Notes: generated from the letters alone by a model not told the origin. 64,000 nucleotides of DNA from an uncultured virus (IMG/VR IMGVR_UViG_3300032019_000120) (IMGVR_UViG_3300032019_000120); one strand, 5' to 3'; shown: positions 46,080 through 55,995, counted from the stretch's first letter. Numbers and translations are program-made.

Positions 46080-47625
46080 GTATCTAGGCAATCCTAATGT
46101 TCGTGGTGCTGATGTAGAACACGCTTGGACTAAGGATGAATTGATAGAGTATAAGAAATGCTTAGACTCTCCAGTATACTTTGCTGAAAACTACTGTAAG
46201 GTAATCCACCTTGATAGAGGCCTCGTTCCTTTTGAATTGTATCCATACCAACAAGAAATGTTTAATCATTTTGAAGAGAATAGATTCTCCATTGTGTTAG
46301 CATGTCGTCAGTCTGGTAAATCAATTTCCACTGTTGCTTATTTACTATGGTACGTACTATTCAAGGGGGAGCAAGTTGTTGGCATTCTAGCTAATAAGGG
46401 TGCAACATCAAGAGAGATGTTAGGACGTATTACTCTTATGTTAGAGAATGTTCCTTTCTTTCTTCAGCCAGGTTGTAAAGCATTGAATAAGGGTTCTATT
46501 GAATTCTCTAACAACTCGAGGATAATTGCAGCATCCACAAGTGCATCATCTGTACGTGGTATGTCAATGAACTTAGTTTACCTAGATGAGTTTGCGTTCG
46601 TAGAAAGAGACGTTGAATTTTACACATCAACCTATCCAGTAATTTCATCAGGTAAATCCACAAAGGTTATCATTACTTCAACGAGAAATGGTATCAATAA
46701 TATGTTTAATAAGATATATGAGGGTGCTGTTCAAGGAACTAATGAGTTTAAATCGTTTAGAGTAGATTGGTATGATGTTCCAGGACGAGATGATGAATGG
46801 AAAAGACAAACAATTGCTAATACATCAGAGTTACAATTCAGACAAGAGTTTGGTAATGAATTAATAGGTACAGGTAATACTCTTATTAATGCAGAAACGT
46901 TAATGGGGTTACAATCTATTAATCCTATAGCAGAGTCTAATAATGTTAAGATATATTTTAATCCTGAACCGAGTCACAACTATCTAATGTTTGTTGATGT
47001 GTCTAAAGGTAGAGGAATGGATTATTCTACGTTTACTATTATAGACGTATCAAGTGTACCATTCAGACAAGTGGCAGTGTTTAGAGATAATATGACATCT
47101 CCTTTACTATTTCCTGATGTTATATATAAGTATGCTAACCATTACAATCAATGTTACGTTATGATAGAAAGTAATGACCAAGGTGCGGTAGTGTGTAATG
47201 GATTACATTATGATTTAGAATACGAGAACGTATTCGTAGAATCTATGGTTAAAGCTAACTCGATTGGCGTTACTATGACAAGAAAGACAAAAAGAATTGG
47301 TTGTTCTAATATTAAAGATATTATAGAACGAGGTAAGTTAATAATATACGATAATGAAACAATCATTGAGTTATCGTCGTTTGTAGCGAAAGGTAACTCG
47401 TATCAAGCTGATCATGATGGTCATGATGACTTAATGATGAACTTAGTACTGTTTGGATGGTTCACATCGACTCCATTCTTCGAAGACGCTACAGACGTCA
47501 ACATGAAAAGCTTACTATATAAAGAGAAAATACGGCAGATTGAAGATGATTTAATTCCAATTGGCTATATTGGGGAGCCAGATACACATCCGGAAGGTGA
47601 TGGATGGGTAGTCTGGAAAGGTTAA
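46060..47625 (+). CDS. gp17: Terminase large subunit gp17
   Basis: CRQSGKS Walker A, YLDEFAF Walker B, VDVS.GRG.DYS nuclease, HDDL.M. Confidence 0.97.
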   Translation: MSKKDNKYLGNPNVRGADVEHAWTKDELIEYKKCLDSPVYFAENYCKVIHLDRGLVPFELYPYQQEMFNHFEENRFSIVLACRQSGKSISTVAYLLWYVLFKGEQVVGILANKGATSREMLGRITLMLENVPFFLQPGCKALNKGSIEFSNNSRIIAASTSASSVRGMSMNLVYLDEFAFVERDVEFYTSTYPVISSGKSTKVIITSTRNGINNMFNKIYEGAVQGTNEFKSFRVDWYDVPGRDDEWKRQTIANTSELQFRQEFGNELIGTGNTLINAETLMGLQSINPIAESNNVKIYFNPEPSHNYLMFVDVSKGRGMDYSTFTIIDVSSVPFRQVAVFRDNMTSPLLFPDVIYKYANHYNQCYVMIESNDQGAVVCNGLHYDLEYENVFVESMVKANSIGVTMTRKTKRIGCSNIKDIIERGKLIIYDNETIIELSSFVAKGNSYQADHDGHDDLMMNLVLFGWFTSTPFFEDATDVNMKSLLYKEKIRQIEDDLIPIGYIGEPDTHPEGDGWVVWKG

Positions 47626-47637
47626 TATTTATAAATA
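47626..47637. promoter_or_regulatory. Late promoter for gp18 (47630-47637) within palindrome TATTTATAAATA
   Basis: Exact sequence immediately after the gp17 stop. Confidence 0.75.
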
Positions 47638-47694
47638 AGAGTATTGAATAATTCGTATTATGATCTTTTCTTATAATTAATAGAGGTAAAAACA

Positions 47695-49401
47695 ATGGCA
47701 TTTCTAGTCTCGCCTGGTGTACAGGTAAAAGAAATCGACTTGACTAATGTGATTCCAGCGACATCAGCATCAATTGGTGCAATCGCTATGCCGGCCGTGT
47801 GGGGACCAATCAATGAGATTGTTACCGTCGGGTCGGAAAAATCATTAGTGGAGACGTTTGGGCAGCCGAATGATGCGACCTACAAAGGTTTCATGCAAGC
47901 AGCTCAATTCCTTAGTTATGGTAACAACTTAAAGGTGGTAAGGGTAGTCGGCGACAACTGCTATAATGCCGCTATGAACACAACAACACTCGTTCGAAAC
48001 GAAGCTCACTTTCAACAGCAGTTTTCATCACTTACATCAGGTACATGGGTCATGGCCCGTAATGCTGGTGTATTAGGTAATTCACTTGGTATTTCCGTGT
48101 GGCCTGCTGATTCAACCAAAGCATTTACTACTTGGTCTGTTACTCCTTCTGGTGGTGATACCATTTCATTAGACACTCTTTTCAATGGCGCCCCTGGTGT
48201 TTCAGATTATGTATCTGACTTAGGCGGATCCACTGACGAAGTTCATGTTGTAGTATATGACGAAACTGGTGGAATCACTGGTAAGAAAGGTACTATTCTT
48301 GAAACGTATGCTAATGTATCACAAGCTAGTGATGCAAAAGCCGCTGATGGAGCTACTAACTATTGGGTAAATGTTATTAACAACGAATCTGATTGGATTT
48401 ATGTTGGTAATGATCACCCTCAACTAACACAATCAAATGATGCGGCCGCAGGCACAACATTTACTACATCACAAACGTCTTCTGTAACAGACGACATTAA
48501 TCAACTACTTTCAGGTGGTGCTGATGGTGATGCTGTAACAACAGGACAAGTTAATTTAGCTTACGATTACTTTGCTGATGCAGAGACTGTTGAGGTATCG
48601 TTAATCATGCAAGGTCATGATAATGTAGCTGTAGCGAATCACATTGCTAGTATGGCAGCTTCAAGAAAAGACTGTGTAGCATTTATTTCACCACCTACAA
48701 GTACTGACACTTTAGCAGAGCTTGTATCTTGGGCAGGAACAGATGTCACAGCACAATCATCATATGTATTTGCAGACTCAGGTCCGCTTTATGTGTATGA
48801 CAAATATAACGACAAATATAGATGGATCCAAGCTTCTGGTTCATGTGCGGGCTTAGCTGCTCATGCTGACTTAGTTGCTGATGCATGGTTTAGCCCAGCA
48901 GGTTTCACTCGTGGTGGTCTTAGAAACGTAACTAAACTTGCGTGGAACCCAACACAAGCTGAAAGAGATGCAATCTATAAACTTGGTGTAAACCCAGTTG
49001 TAGCTTTCCCAGGACAAGGTACAATTCTATTTGGTGATAAGACTATGCAAACAAAGGCTTCTGCATTTGACAGAATCGGTGTTCGCAGATTGTTTATTAC
49101 TTTAGAGAAAGCAATTTCTCAAGCATCAAGAGCTCAATTATTTGAATTTAATGACGAATTCACAAGAGCACAATTCCGTAATATGGTAGAACCATTCTTA
49201 CGTGATGTTAAAGGTAGGCGTGGTGTTACAGACTTTAAAGTAGTTTGTGATACGACTAATAATACCGGCAATGTAATTGATACTAATCGATTTGTTGCAG
49301 ATATCTTTATTAAGCCAGCCCGCTCAATTAACTTTATAACACTTAACTTTATTGCTACTAGAACTGGTGTAGAGTTTAGCGAAATTTCTGGAGGTAATTA
49401 A
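47695..49401 (+). CDS. gp18: Tail sheath protein gp18
   Basis: SPGVQVKEIDLT, WFSPAG..RG, RIGVRRLF, FEFNDEFTR, IKPARSINFI.LNF.ATRTGV.F.E. Confidence 0.97.
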   Translation: MAFLVSPGVQVKEIDLTNVIPATSASIGAIAMPAVWGPINEIVTVGSEKSLVETFGQPNDATYKGFMQAAQFLSYGNNLKVVRVVGDNCYNAAMNTTTLVRNEAHFQQQFSSLTSGTWVMARNAGVLGNSLGISVWPADSTKAFTTWSVTPSGGDTISLDTLFNGAPGVSDYVSDLGGSTDEVHVVVYDETGGITGKKGTILETYANVSQASDAKAADGATNYWVNVINNESDWIYVGNDHPQLTQSNDAAAGTTFTTSQTSSVTDDINQLLSGGADGDAVTTGQVNLAYDYFADAETVEVSLIMQGHDNVAVANHIASMAASRKDCVAFISPPTSTDTLAELVSWAGTDVTAQSSYVFADSGPLYVYDKYNDKYRWIQASGSCAGLAAHADLVADAWFSPAGFTRGGLRNVTKLAWNPTQAERDAIYKLGVNPVVAFPGQGTILFGDKTMQTKASAFDRIGVRRLFITLEKAISQASRAQLFEFNDEFTRAQFRNMVEPFLRDVKGRRGVTDFKVVCDTTNNTGNVIDTNRFVADIFIKPARSINFITLNFIATRTGVEFSEISGGN

Positions 49402-49403
49402 TC

Positions 49404-49931
49404 ATGGCTATCTTAGGAGTAGATGATTTTAAAGCAAAACTAACTGGTGGTGGTGCCAGAAATAACTTATTCAAGGCAATTTTAGGATTCCCTTCATATG
49501 TTACTTCTGATGTAGAACTTGCATCATTCATGGTTAAGTCTGCTCAGTTACCAGGTTCAACAATTAGTCCTATCATGGTTCCTTTCCGCGGTAGACAATT
49601 GCAGATTGCTGGTGATAGAACATTTGAACCATGGACAATTATGGTTATGAACGATACAAACTTTTCAGTAAGAGATTCTTTTGAAGAGTGGATGAACGGG
49701 ATTAACCAACACAACGAAAACACTGGTATTATCAACCCAGCTGATTATATGGCTGATATGGAAGTACACCAACTTGATAAAGATGGAACTACCGTTAAGA
49801 CATATCACATCAGAGGTTGTTGGCCTACTAACCTAGGTCCAATCGAGGTTTCTTATGACCAAGAAAACCAGATTGAAGAGTTTTCTGTTGAATTGCAAGT
49901 TCAATATTGGGAATCTAACACTACAACATAA
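49404..49931 (+). CDS. gp19: Tail tube protein gp19
   Basis: GGARNNLF, LPGS, FRGR...IAGDRTFE.W, IEEF.V. Confidence 0.96.
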   Translation: MAILGVDDFKAKLTGGGARNNLFKAILGFPSYVTSDVELASFMVKSAQLPGSTISPIMVPFRGRQLQIAGDRTFEPWTIMVMNDTNFSVRDSFEEWMNGINQHNENTGIINPADYMADMEVHQLDKDGTTVKTYHIRGCWPTNLGPIEVSYDQENQIEEFSVELQVQYWESNTTT

Positions 49932-49966
49932 AAATAATAGGGTGCTTGAAAGAGCATCCTTATTTT
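49931..49966 (+). terminator. Probable intrinsic terminator after gp19
   Basis: AGGGTGCTT-GAAA-GAGCATCCT stem-loop followed by TATTTT. Confidence 0.6.
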
Positions 49967-50001
49967 AGCGTATAAATATATTTGTATACTAAAATAAGGA
50001 T
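49956..50001. promoter_or_regulatory. 46-bp imperfect palindrome containing late promoter (49971-49978) and the candidate gp20 RBS
   Basis: ATCCTTATTTTAGCGTATAAATA / TATTTGTATACTAAAATAAGGAT; 20 of 23 positions Watson-Crick complementary. Confidence 0.75.
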
Positions 50002-50013
50002 ACATTAAAGACT

Positions 50014-51510
50014 ATGGCAGAAGAACAAAACAAACTATTCGGATTCTTGTTTAAAAGGAAGAAGTCTGAAGAAAAAACTCAAGCGAGATCGTTTGCTGAT
50101 ACGAACGAGGATGGTGCGTACACTATATCCCCCACTGGTGGTTATTTTGGACAATATCTTGACATTAATGGCGATCAGTTTAAGAATGATTCAGATTTAA
50201 TTCTCAAGTATAGAGGAATTTCAACATACCCTGAAATTGACGCAGCTATTGAGGATATCACTAACGAATCTATAACAGCTGATGAACATGGTGAGGTATT
50301 AAACCTTAACCTTGATAATTTAGAACAACCTGATAATGTTAAGGACTTGATTAGAGATGAGTTTGAGAAAATATTAGCTATCTTAGACTTTAATAATAGA
50401 GGATACGACTTATTCAGACGTTGGTACACTGATGGTAGACTATTCTTCCATGTAGTAATCAATCCTAAGAATACTGAAGGTGGAATCGTTGAACTAAAAC
50501 AAATTGACCCTATGAAGATTCGTAAGGTTAAAGAAATTGATAAAGTTAAAGATCCGGCTACTGGTGCTGAACTTGTTAGAGAGGTAGGAGAATACTATCT
50601 TTATCAAGATGATGCAATGAATAATGTAGGTGAGGGCCTTAAAATTGCAACAGACTCTATCATCCAAGTAAACTCAGGTTTGCTTAATGAGAGTAGAGAT
50701 AAAGTAATCGGTTATCTCCATAAAGCATTAAAGCCTATGAATCAACTATCAATGATGGAAGATTCAATGGTTATCTACAGAATTTCAAGAGCACCTGAAC
50801 GTAGAATTTTCTATATTGATGTTGGTAACCTTCCTAAGGGAAAGGCAGAAGAATACTTAAACAATACGATGAATAAGTATCGTAATAAAATTGTTTATGA
50901 CCCAGCAACAGGTGATATTAAAGACCAGAGAGAACACAAATCTATTATGGAAGATTTCTGGTTACCGAGGAGAGAGGGTGGTAGAGGTACGGAGATTACT
51001 ACACTACCAGGTGGACAAAACCTAGGTGAAACAGAAGACGTAGAGTATTTCCAGAAGAAACTATACCGTTCTTTGAATGTTCCTTTATCAAGGTTAGAGC
51101 AAGACTCCACATTCAATGTTGGTAGGTCTTCTGAGATTACTAGAGACGAGCTGAAATTTCAGAAGTTTGTTAATAGAGTTAGGAACAAATTTGCTGGAAT
51201 ATTTTACCAAGCATTAGAGAGACAATTGATTCTTACGAAAGTGATTGTTCCTTCTGATTGGAAAACTATAAAGTCAGAGATTAAGGTTGAATTTGCAAAA
51301 GACAATCACTATTCTGAACTTAAAGATGCTGAAGTTCTTAAAGAAAGAATTGAAACATTACAACTAATCGATGAGTATGTAGGTACATATTACTCGAGAG
51401 CATGGGTTCGTAAGAACATTTTACGTCAAGACGAGGACCAAATCAAAGAGATGGATAAGGAAATCGCGGCCGAGCCGAAAGACGAAGATGAAGACGATGA
51501 AGACGTGTAA
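50014..51510 (+). CDS. gp20: Portal protein gp20
   Basis: YLHKA.KP.NQL.M.ED..VIYRISRAPERRIFYIDVGNLPK.KAE, EDFWLPRREGGRGTEITTLPGG. Confidence 0.98.
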   Translation: MAEEQNKLFGFLFKRKKSEEKTQARSFADTNEDGAYTISPTGGYFGQYLDINGDQFKNDSDLILKYRGISTYPEIDAAIEDITNESITADEHGEVLNLNLDNLEQPDNVKDLIRDEFEKILAILDFNNRGYDLFRRWYTDGRLFFHVVINPKNTEGGIVELKQIDPMKIRKVKEIDKVKDPATGAELVREVGEYYLYQDDAMNNVGEGLKIATDSIIQVNSGLLNESRDKVIGYLHKALKPMNQLSMMEDSMVIYRISRAPERRIFYIDVGNLPKGKAEEYLNNTMNKYRNKIVYDPATGDIKDQREHKSIMEDFWLPRREGGRGTEITTLPGGQNLGETEDVEYFQKKLYRSLNVPLSRLEQDSTFNVGRSSEITRDELKFQKFVNRVRNKFAGIFYQALERQLILTKVIVPSDWKTIKSEIKVEFAKDNHYSELKDAEVLKERIETLQLIDEYVGTYYSRAWVRKNILRQDEDQIKEMDKEIAAEPKDEDEDDEDV

Positions 51511-51521
51511 ATTTTAAATCT

Positions 51522-51529
51522 TATAAATA
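51522..51529 (+). promoter_or_regulatory. T4-type late promoter
   Basis: Intergenic TATAAATA. Confidence 0.8.
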
Positions 51530-51551
51530 TAATACACAGTGAGGAATTGCT

Positions 51552-51758
51552 ATGAGCATTAAAGACTTGATTAATGCTGTTAAAACAGGAGATGTTGCTG
51601 CCAGCAACAATGTTTTCAACAGTGTTATGTCGGATAAAATGAACGCTGCTCTCGACTTAGAGAAGCAAAGTGTGGCTAGTACTATGATTAAAGATGCTGA
51701 TGAAGTATCAGACGAGCCAGTTGTCGAAGTTGAAGCGGAAATTGAAGGAGAGTCATAA
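51552..51758 (+). CDS. Prohead core protein, gp67-like
   Basis: Small acidic protein directly after portal; LINAV..GD...A...F...M pattern. Confidence 0.65.
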   Translation: MSIKDLINAVKTGDVAASNNVFNSVMSDKMNAALDLEKQSVASTMIKDADEVSDEPVVEVEAEIEGES

Positions 51759-51895
51759 TGAAGAAAGTTATGATTTTGTTAGTAGGACTAGCATTTTTAA
51801 CAGGGTGTACTTCGGTACAACACGTGTGGGATAAGGCAGTAGAGATTGTCAATCCGACGGAAACAACGGAAACAGTAACGGATGAAAACCTTTAA
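51758..51895 (+). CDS. 45-aa lipoprotein (not in ORF track)
   Basis: MKKVMILLVGLAFLTGC lipobox; TAATG coupling; GGAG RBS. Confidence 0.65.
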   Translation: MKKVMILLVGLAFLTGCTSVQHVWDKAVEIVNPTETTETVTDENL

Positions 51896-52121
51896 AGACT
51901 CATTTAACATCTTAGTCGAAAAGCAATTAAAGCTACCTAAGGGTGAAGAGGTTGTAAAGGAGTTCACACGTTTAGGTAAAAAACGAGATGTTACTGCCGT
52001 TATCACAAAAGCTAGGAATGTTTTCTGGCTTTATGTAGACGGCGAAAAACTGGATCAATTCAGATCCGACAAATTGGCTGAGAAAGGTCTTAAAGACTTT
52101 TTAAAGGTAATGGGTGTATAA
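51882..52121 (+). CDS. Small head-associated protein (gp68 position)
   Basis: MKTFKD..I..E N-terminus; lies just before gp21. Confidence 0.5.
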   Translation: MKTFKDSFNILVEKQLKLPKGEEVVKEFTRLGKKRDVTAVITKARNVFWLYVDGEKLDQFRSDKLAEKGLKDFLKVMGV

Positions 52122-52133
52122 AAAGGAAAGAGC

Positions 52134-52811
52134 ATGAAATTAATCGCAGAATATACAAACGCAAATCTAGGCTATTCAATCACGGAAGGGAAGAATGGTA
52201 AGAAGAACGTCTTTATAGAAGGCGTCTTTATGACTGCAAATGCAAAGAACAGAAATGGTAGAATTTATACCAAGGACATCTTAGAAAAAGCGGTTAATAA
52301 GTACAATGAAGACCAAGTAATCACAGGGAGAGCTGTTGGTGAGTTAAATCACCCAGAAGGCCCATCTATTAACTTGGACAAAGTTTCTCACAGAATCACT
52401 GAGCTCTCTTGGGACGGTGATAATGTGATGGGAAAGGCACTGGTGTTAGACACTCCTATGGGTCAGATCGTAAAAGGTTTGGTTGAAGGTGGCGTACAAC
52501 TTGGTGTCTCTAGTCGTGGTATGGGAAGCCTCGAATTTAAAAATGGTGTCAATTATGTGAAAGACGACTTTAGTCTTGCAACTGTTGACATTGTGCAGGA
52601 TCCGTCTGCTCATAATGCTTTTGTAAATGGCATTATGGAAGGCGTTGAATGGACAACCGATAATACGGGACATTTTATCGAGGTAATTGAGAAAGGTGAG
52701 ACAGAAATGATGCACGCTATTGTCGAGGAAGAGGTTGTTGTACAAGAGGAAACTCTTGACGTAACCCCTGAGCAGGTAGTAGGGTTTGAACATTTCCTCT
52801 CTAAACTATAA
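52134..52811 (+). CDS. gp21: Prohead protease gp21
   Basis: IEGVFM...KNRNGRIY, GELNHP, GVSSRGMGSL, DIV.DPSA..A.V. Confidence 0.97.
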   Translation: MKLIAEYTNANLGYSITEGKNGKKNVFIEGVFMTANAKNRNGRIYTKDILEKAVNKYNEDQVITGRAVGELNHPEGPSINLDKVSHRITELSWDGDNVMGKALVLDTPMGQIVKGLVEGGVQLGVSSRGMGSLEFKNGVNYVKDDFSLATVDIVQDPSAHNAFVNGIMEGVEWTTDNTGHFIEVIEKGETEMMHAIVEEEVVVQEETLDVTPEQVVGFEHFLSKL

Positions 52812-52830
52812 CTCTTTAAGGAGTAAAATT

Positions 52831-53913
52831 ATGTCTGAAGATATAAAACAAGACAAAATTGCTGAAGAGGTTATTGTTGAGGAAACTGTGGAAGAAGTAA
52901 CAACTGAGGAAGTGACGGAAGAAACTAAATCAGAAGCTACTGTTGAAGCACCTTTAACAAAGGCTCGCACGTTGTCAGCAATTAATGCATCTTTATCAGA
53001 AATGACTAAAGATGAGCTTGATTCTATCTTTGAAGCGGCGGAAAAAGCTAAAGCGAAAGCTAAAGTGGAAGACGACCATGAAGAAGATGAAGATGAAGAT
53101 GACGACGAAGAGGGTGAAGTAGAATCGAAAAAAGAAGCTAAAGTTAAAAAAGAAGCTAAGAAAGAGACTAAAGAAGAGGACTTCAAAGAAGACCTTGATG
53201 CATTAGTTAAGGGTGAAGACTCTTTATCTGAAGGTTTCAAAGCTAAAGCTGCTACTATTTTCGAAGCTGCATTACTTTCAAAAACAACAGCTAGGACAGC
53301 TGAGTTAGAAGCACAATACGCTTCTGATTTAACTGAAGAAGTTGATGCAATCAAAGAAGATTTGGTTGACAAGGTAGATGGATATCTTAACTATGTAGTT
53401 GAGAACTGGATGAAAGACAACGAAGTTGCTGTAGAGCACGGTCTTAAATCTGAAATCACTGAGTCATTCATTGACGCTATGCACGGTGTGTTCACTGAAC
53501 ATTACATTGATATCCCTGAAGATAAGGTCGACATTGTCGATGCCTTAACTGAAGAGGTTACTGATGCTAAAGAACAGTTAAACACAGCAACTGCTAATGC
53601 ACAAGAACTTGCTGAGAAAGTGAAAGCTTTCGAAAGAAAGGATATTGTTGCTGAGGCATGCAAGGGATTGGCTGCAACAGAAGCAGAAAAACTAAAGAAA
53701 TTGTGTGAGGGCATTGATGCCGTCGACACTTCTGAGTTCGAAGCTAAAATTGCTACAATCAAAGAGTCTTACCTTAATAAAGATGAAGCGGAAGCTACAG
53801 CAGAAACGCAAGTTGATGCAATTGTAGAAGAAGATAAGTCTAGCGACAAACAAGAGGCACATGGCGACATGGCTAAATACCTTGACGCTATTAAACGTAC
53901 GAAACAAGTATAA
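52831..53913 (+). CDS. gp22: Prohead scaffolding protein gp22
   Basis: Acidic coiled coil; LSEGFKAKAATIFEAA, VDGYLNYVVENWM..N. Confidence 0.93.
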   Translation: MSEDIKQDKIAEEVIVEETVEEVTTEEVTEETKSEATVEAPLTKARTLSAINASLSEMTKDELDSIFEAAEKAKAKAKVEDDHEEDEDEDDDEEGEVESKKEAKVKKEAKKETKEEDFKEDLDALVKGEDSLSEGFKAKAATIFEAALLSKTTARTAELEAQYASDLTEEVDAIKEDLVDKVDGYLNYVVENWMKDNEVAVEHGLKSEITESFIDAMHGVFTEHYIDIPEDKVDIVDALTEEVTDAKEQLNTATANAQELAEKVKAFERKDIVAEACKGLAATEAEKLKKLCEGIDAVDTSEFEAKIATIKESYLNKDEAEATAETQVDAIVEEDKSSDKQEAHGDMAKYLDAIKRTKQV

Positions 53914-53934
53914 TTCTATTACAGGAGAAATAAC

Positions 53935-55137
53935 ATGGAATTACAAACACAAACACTACAGGAAAAATGGGCACCTGTATTAGAGGCTGAGGACGCTGGA
54001 ATTATCCAGGATGCTCACCGTAAAGCCGTAACAGCGGTTGTTCTTGAGAACCAAGAAGTCGCACTTAAAGAAGCATCACTAGCTGGTGGCGGTAACGCAA
54101 CTGGTCCAATTGATAACTTCGATCCAGTACTAATCTCTTTGGTTAGACGTTCAACTCCAAATCTTTTGGCGTTCGACATTGCTGGTGTACAACCTATGAA
54201 AGGTCCTACTGGTCTGATCTTCGCTATGAAGTCAAACTACGCAGACGGTACTGACGGTACAGACCAAACAGAAGCTCTATTCGGTGCTCCTGACACATCA
54301 TTCTCGGGTGATGGCGCAGGCTCATTGAGTGGCACAGCTGGTGTTGGTATGACTACATTACAAGGTGAAGGCGACAACTTCGGTCAAATGGGTTTCTCAA
54401 TCGACAAGACTACTGTTACAGCTAAGTCACGTCAATTGAAAGCACATTACACAATGGAATTGGCACAGGACCTTAAAGCGGTTCATGGCCTTTCTGCTGA
54501 GACTGAGCTTGCTAACATCCTTTCAACTGAAATCCTTTCAGAAATTAACCGTGAGTTGATTACAACAATTAACACTAACGCTAAGCGTGGTCATTCATTT
54601 GACACTGCTGTTGGTGCATCTGCTGTTACAACTTCTGGTTCTGAAGTGGCTGTTTCTGATGGTCGTTGGGAAGTTGAAGTATTTAAAGCGCTAATCACTC
54701 ATATTGAGAAGCAAGCAAACCTAATCGCTACTGACACTCGTCGTGGTAAAGGTAACTTTGCAATCGTTTCTCCAAATGTTGCAGCTGCATTAAATGCTAC
54801 TGGTTCTGTTGCTTATGGCAACGTTGCTGGTACTGGTCTTTCAGACGTAACTGGTAACCTATTTGTAGGTACTCTAAACGGTGGAATGAAACTTTATGTT
54901 GATCCATTCGCTTCTAGTGACTACATCACTGTAGGTTATAAAGGTGCTAACGCTTATGACGCAGGTATGTTCTACTGCCCATACGTTCCATTAAGTATGC
55001 ACAAAACTGTTGGTGAAGATGACTTCCAGCCACGTATCGGGTTCAAGACTCGCTATGGCATGCAAGTGAATCCTTTCACTTCTGCAGCAGCTGATTCAAA
55101 CGCTTACTACCGTAACTTGGTGGTATCAAACCTATAA
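53935..55137 (+). CDS. gp23: Major capsid protein gp23
   Basis: KWAPVL, LVRR..PNL.A.DI.GVQPM.GPTGLIFAM, ELAQDLKAVHGL.AE.EL, YCPYVPL, FQP.IGFKTRYG. Confidence 0.98.
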   Translation: MELQTQTLQEKWAPVLEAEDAGIIQDAHRKAVTAVVLENQEVALKEASLAGGGNATGPIDNFDPVLISLVRRSTPNLLAFDIAGVQPMKGPTGLIFAMKSNYADGTDGTDQTEALFGAPDTSFSGDGAGSLSGTAGVGMTTLQGEGDNFGQMGFSIDKTTVTAKSRQLKAHYTMELAQDLKAVHGLSAETELANILSTEILSEINRELITTINTNAKRGHSFDTAVGASAVTTSGSEVAVSDGRWEVEVFKALITHIEKQANLIATDTRRGKGNFAIVSPNVAAALNATGSVAYGNVAGTGLSDVTGNLFVGTLNGGMKLYVDPFASSDYITVGYKGANAYDAGMFYCPYVPLSMHKTVGEDDFQPRIGFKTRYGMQVNPFTSAAADSNAYYRNLVVSNL

Positions 55138-55155
55138 TATAGGATTGAATCGACT

Positions 55156-55181
55156 AAAGCCACCTTCGGGTGGCTTTTTTT
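55156..55181 (+). terminator. Intrinsic terminator after gp23
   Basis: AAAGCCACC-TTCG-GGTGGCTTT with U-tract; C(UUCG)G tetraloop. Confidence 0.92.
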
Positions 55182-55182
55182 A

Positions 55183-55190
55183 TATAAATA
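55183..55190 (+). promoter_or_regulatory. T4-type late promoter
   Basis: TATAAATA right after the terminator, 5 nt before ATG 55196. Confidence 0.8.
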
Positions 55191-55195
55191 AAAGC

Positions 55196-55483
55196 ATGAT
55201 AGTAGAATTAATAGCAATGTTTGGTGCTAAAGCTTGTTGTATTGGCGCTTCAGGTATTGGTGGCGTTTGCAATGCTGCAGTTAATAGCAAAACTCCAGTA
55301 AGGGATTTAGTGACTTCAGTCATCATTGGTTGGGTTGCAGCTGAATTCTTTATTCCAGCACTTATGTCTCATTTTGAGTTTGGTCCTGAAATAGCACTAA
55401 CAATAGCCTTTATGTTTGGTTATAGTGGTGTTAGAATACTATCTAAGATTGAAGGAAACATATTAAATAAGATTAAACTATGA
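55196..55483 (+). CDS. Small multi-TM protein, holin-like
   Basis: Three hydrophobic helices, AF.FGYSG, basic C-terminus. Confidence 0.45.
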   Translation: MIVELIAMFGAKACCIGASGIGGVCNAAVNSKTPVRDLVTSVIIGWVAAEFFIPALMSHFEFGPEIALTIAFMFGYSGVRILSKIEGNILNKIKL

Positions 55484-55938
55484 GTACAAACTTTTTAAAT
55501 CCAACTTCATTCGTATTATCGTTAGATATTACGACATACCCTAACGCAGAATTCACAGTCCAAACAATGGTACTGCCTGATGTGACTACTGACGGAGCTA
55601 GATTAGCTACCCCGTCAAGAGACATATCACTCGGAGCAGATAAGATTGTTTACGGACCTTTCGAGTGCTCGTTTCTTGTAGATGAAACTTTAACAAACTA
55701 TAAGGAGATTTACGATTGGCTATATTCGCAAGTCGATACTCCTACCTCGACTCTTTCTAATGTTCGAGACATTACGTTAAGTATATTATCTTCTGCAAAC
55801 AACGTAAATAAACAGATCCGGTTTATTGATGCATATCCAACCAACCTATCATCTTTACCATTCGACATCACAACTTTAGATGTTGAATACTTAACCGCTG
55901 TTGTGACGTTTAATTATTCGTATTTCGAAATAGTTTAA
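55480..55938 (+). CDS. gp3: Tail tube terminator gp3-like
   Basis: NFLNPTSF, F.VDE.L.NY.EIYDW, F.DAYPT.LS.L.F. Confidence 0.85.
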   Translation: MSTNFLNPTSFVLSLDITTYPNAEFTVQTMVLPDVTTDGARLATPSRDISLGADKIVYGPFECSFLVDETLTNYKEIYDWLYSQVDTPTSTLSNVRDITLSILSSANNVNKQIRFIDAYPTNLSSLPFDITTLDVEYLTAVVTFNYSYFEIV

Positions 55939-55941
55939 CTG

Positions 55942-55970
55942 TTGTATTTTGACCCGAAATAGGGTATAAT
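55942..55970 (+). promoter_or_regulatory. Sigma70-type early/middle promoter for uvsY
   Basis: ACTG-TTGTAT-N17-TATAAT. Confidence 0.7.
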
Positions 55971-55995
55971 ATAATATACAACCCAGGAATTGATT

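Noticed and set aside
52806..53372. 188-aa Ser-rich minus-strand ORF, and other antisense ORFs such as 272-481, 1328-1561, 50175-50462 and 63454-63828
   Set aside because: Shadows of strongly biased sense genes (gp22, fibre, gp20, clpP); the poly-Ser simply mirrors Glu/Asp codons.
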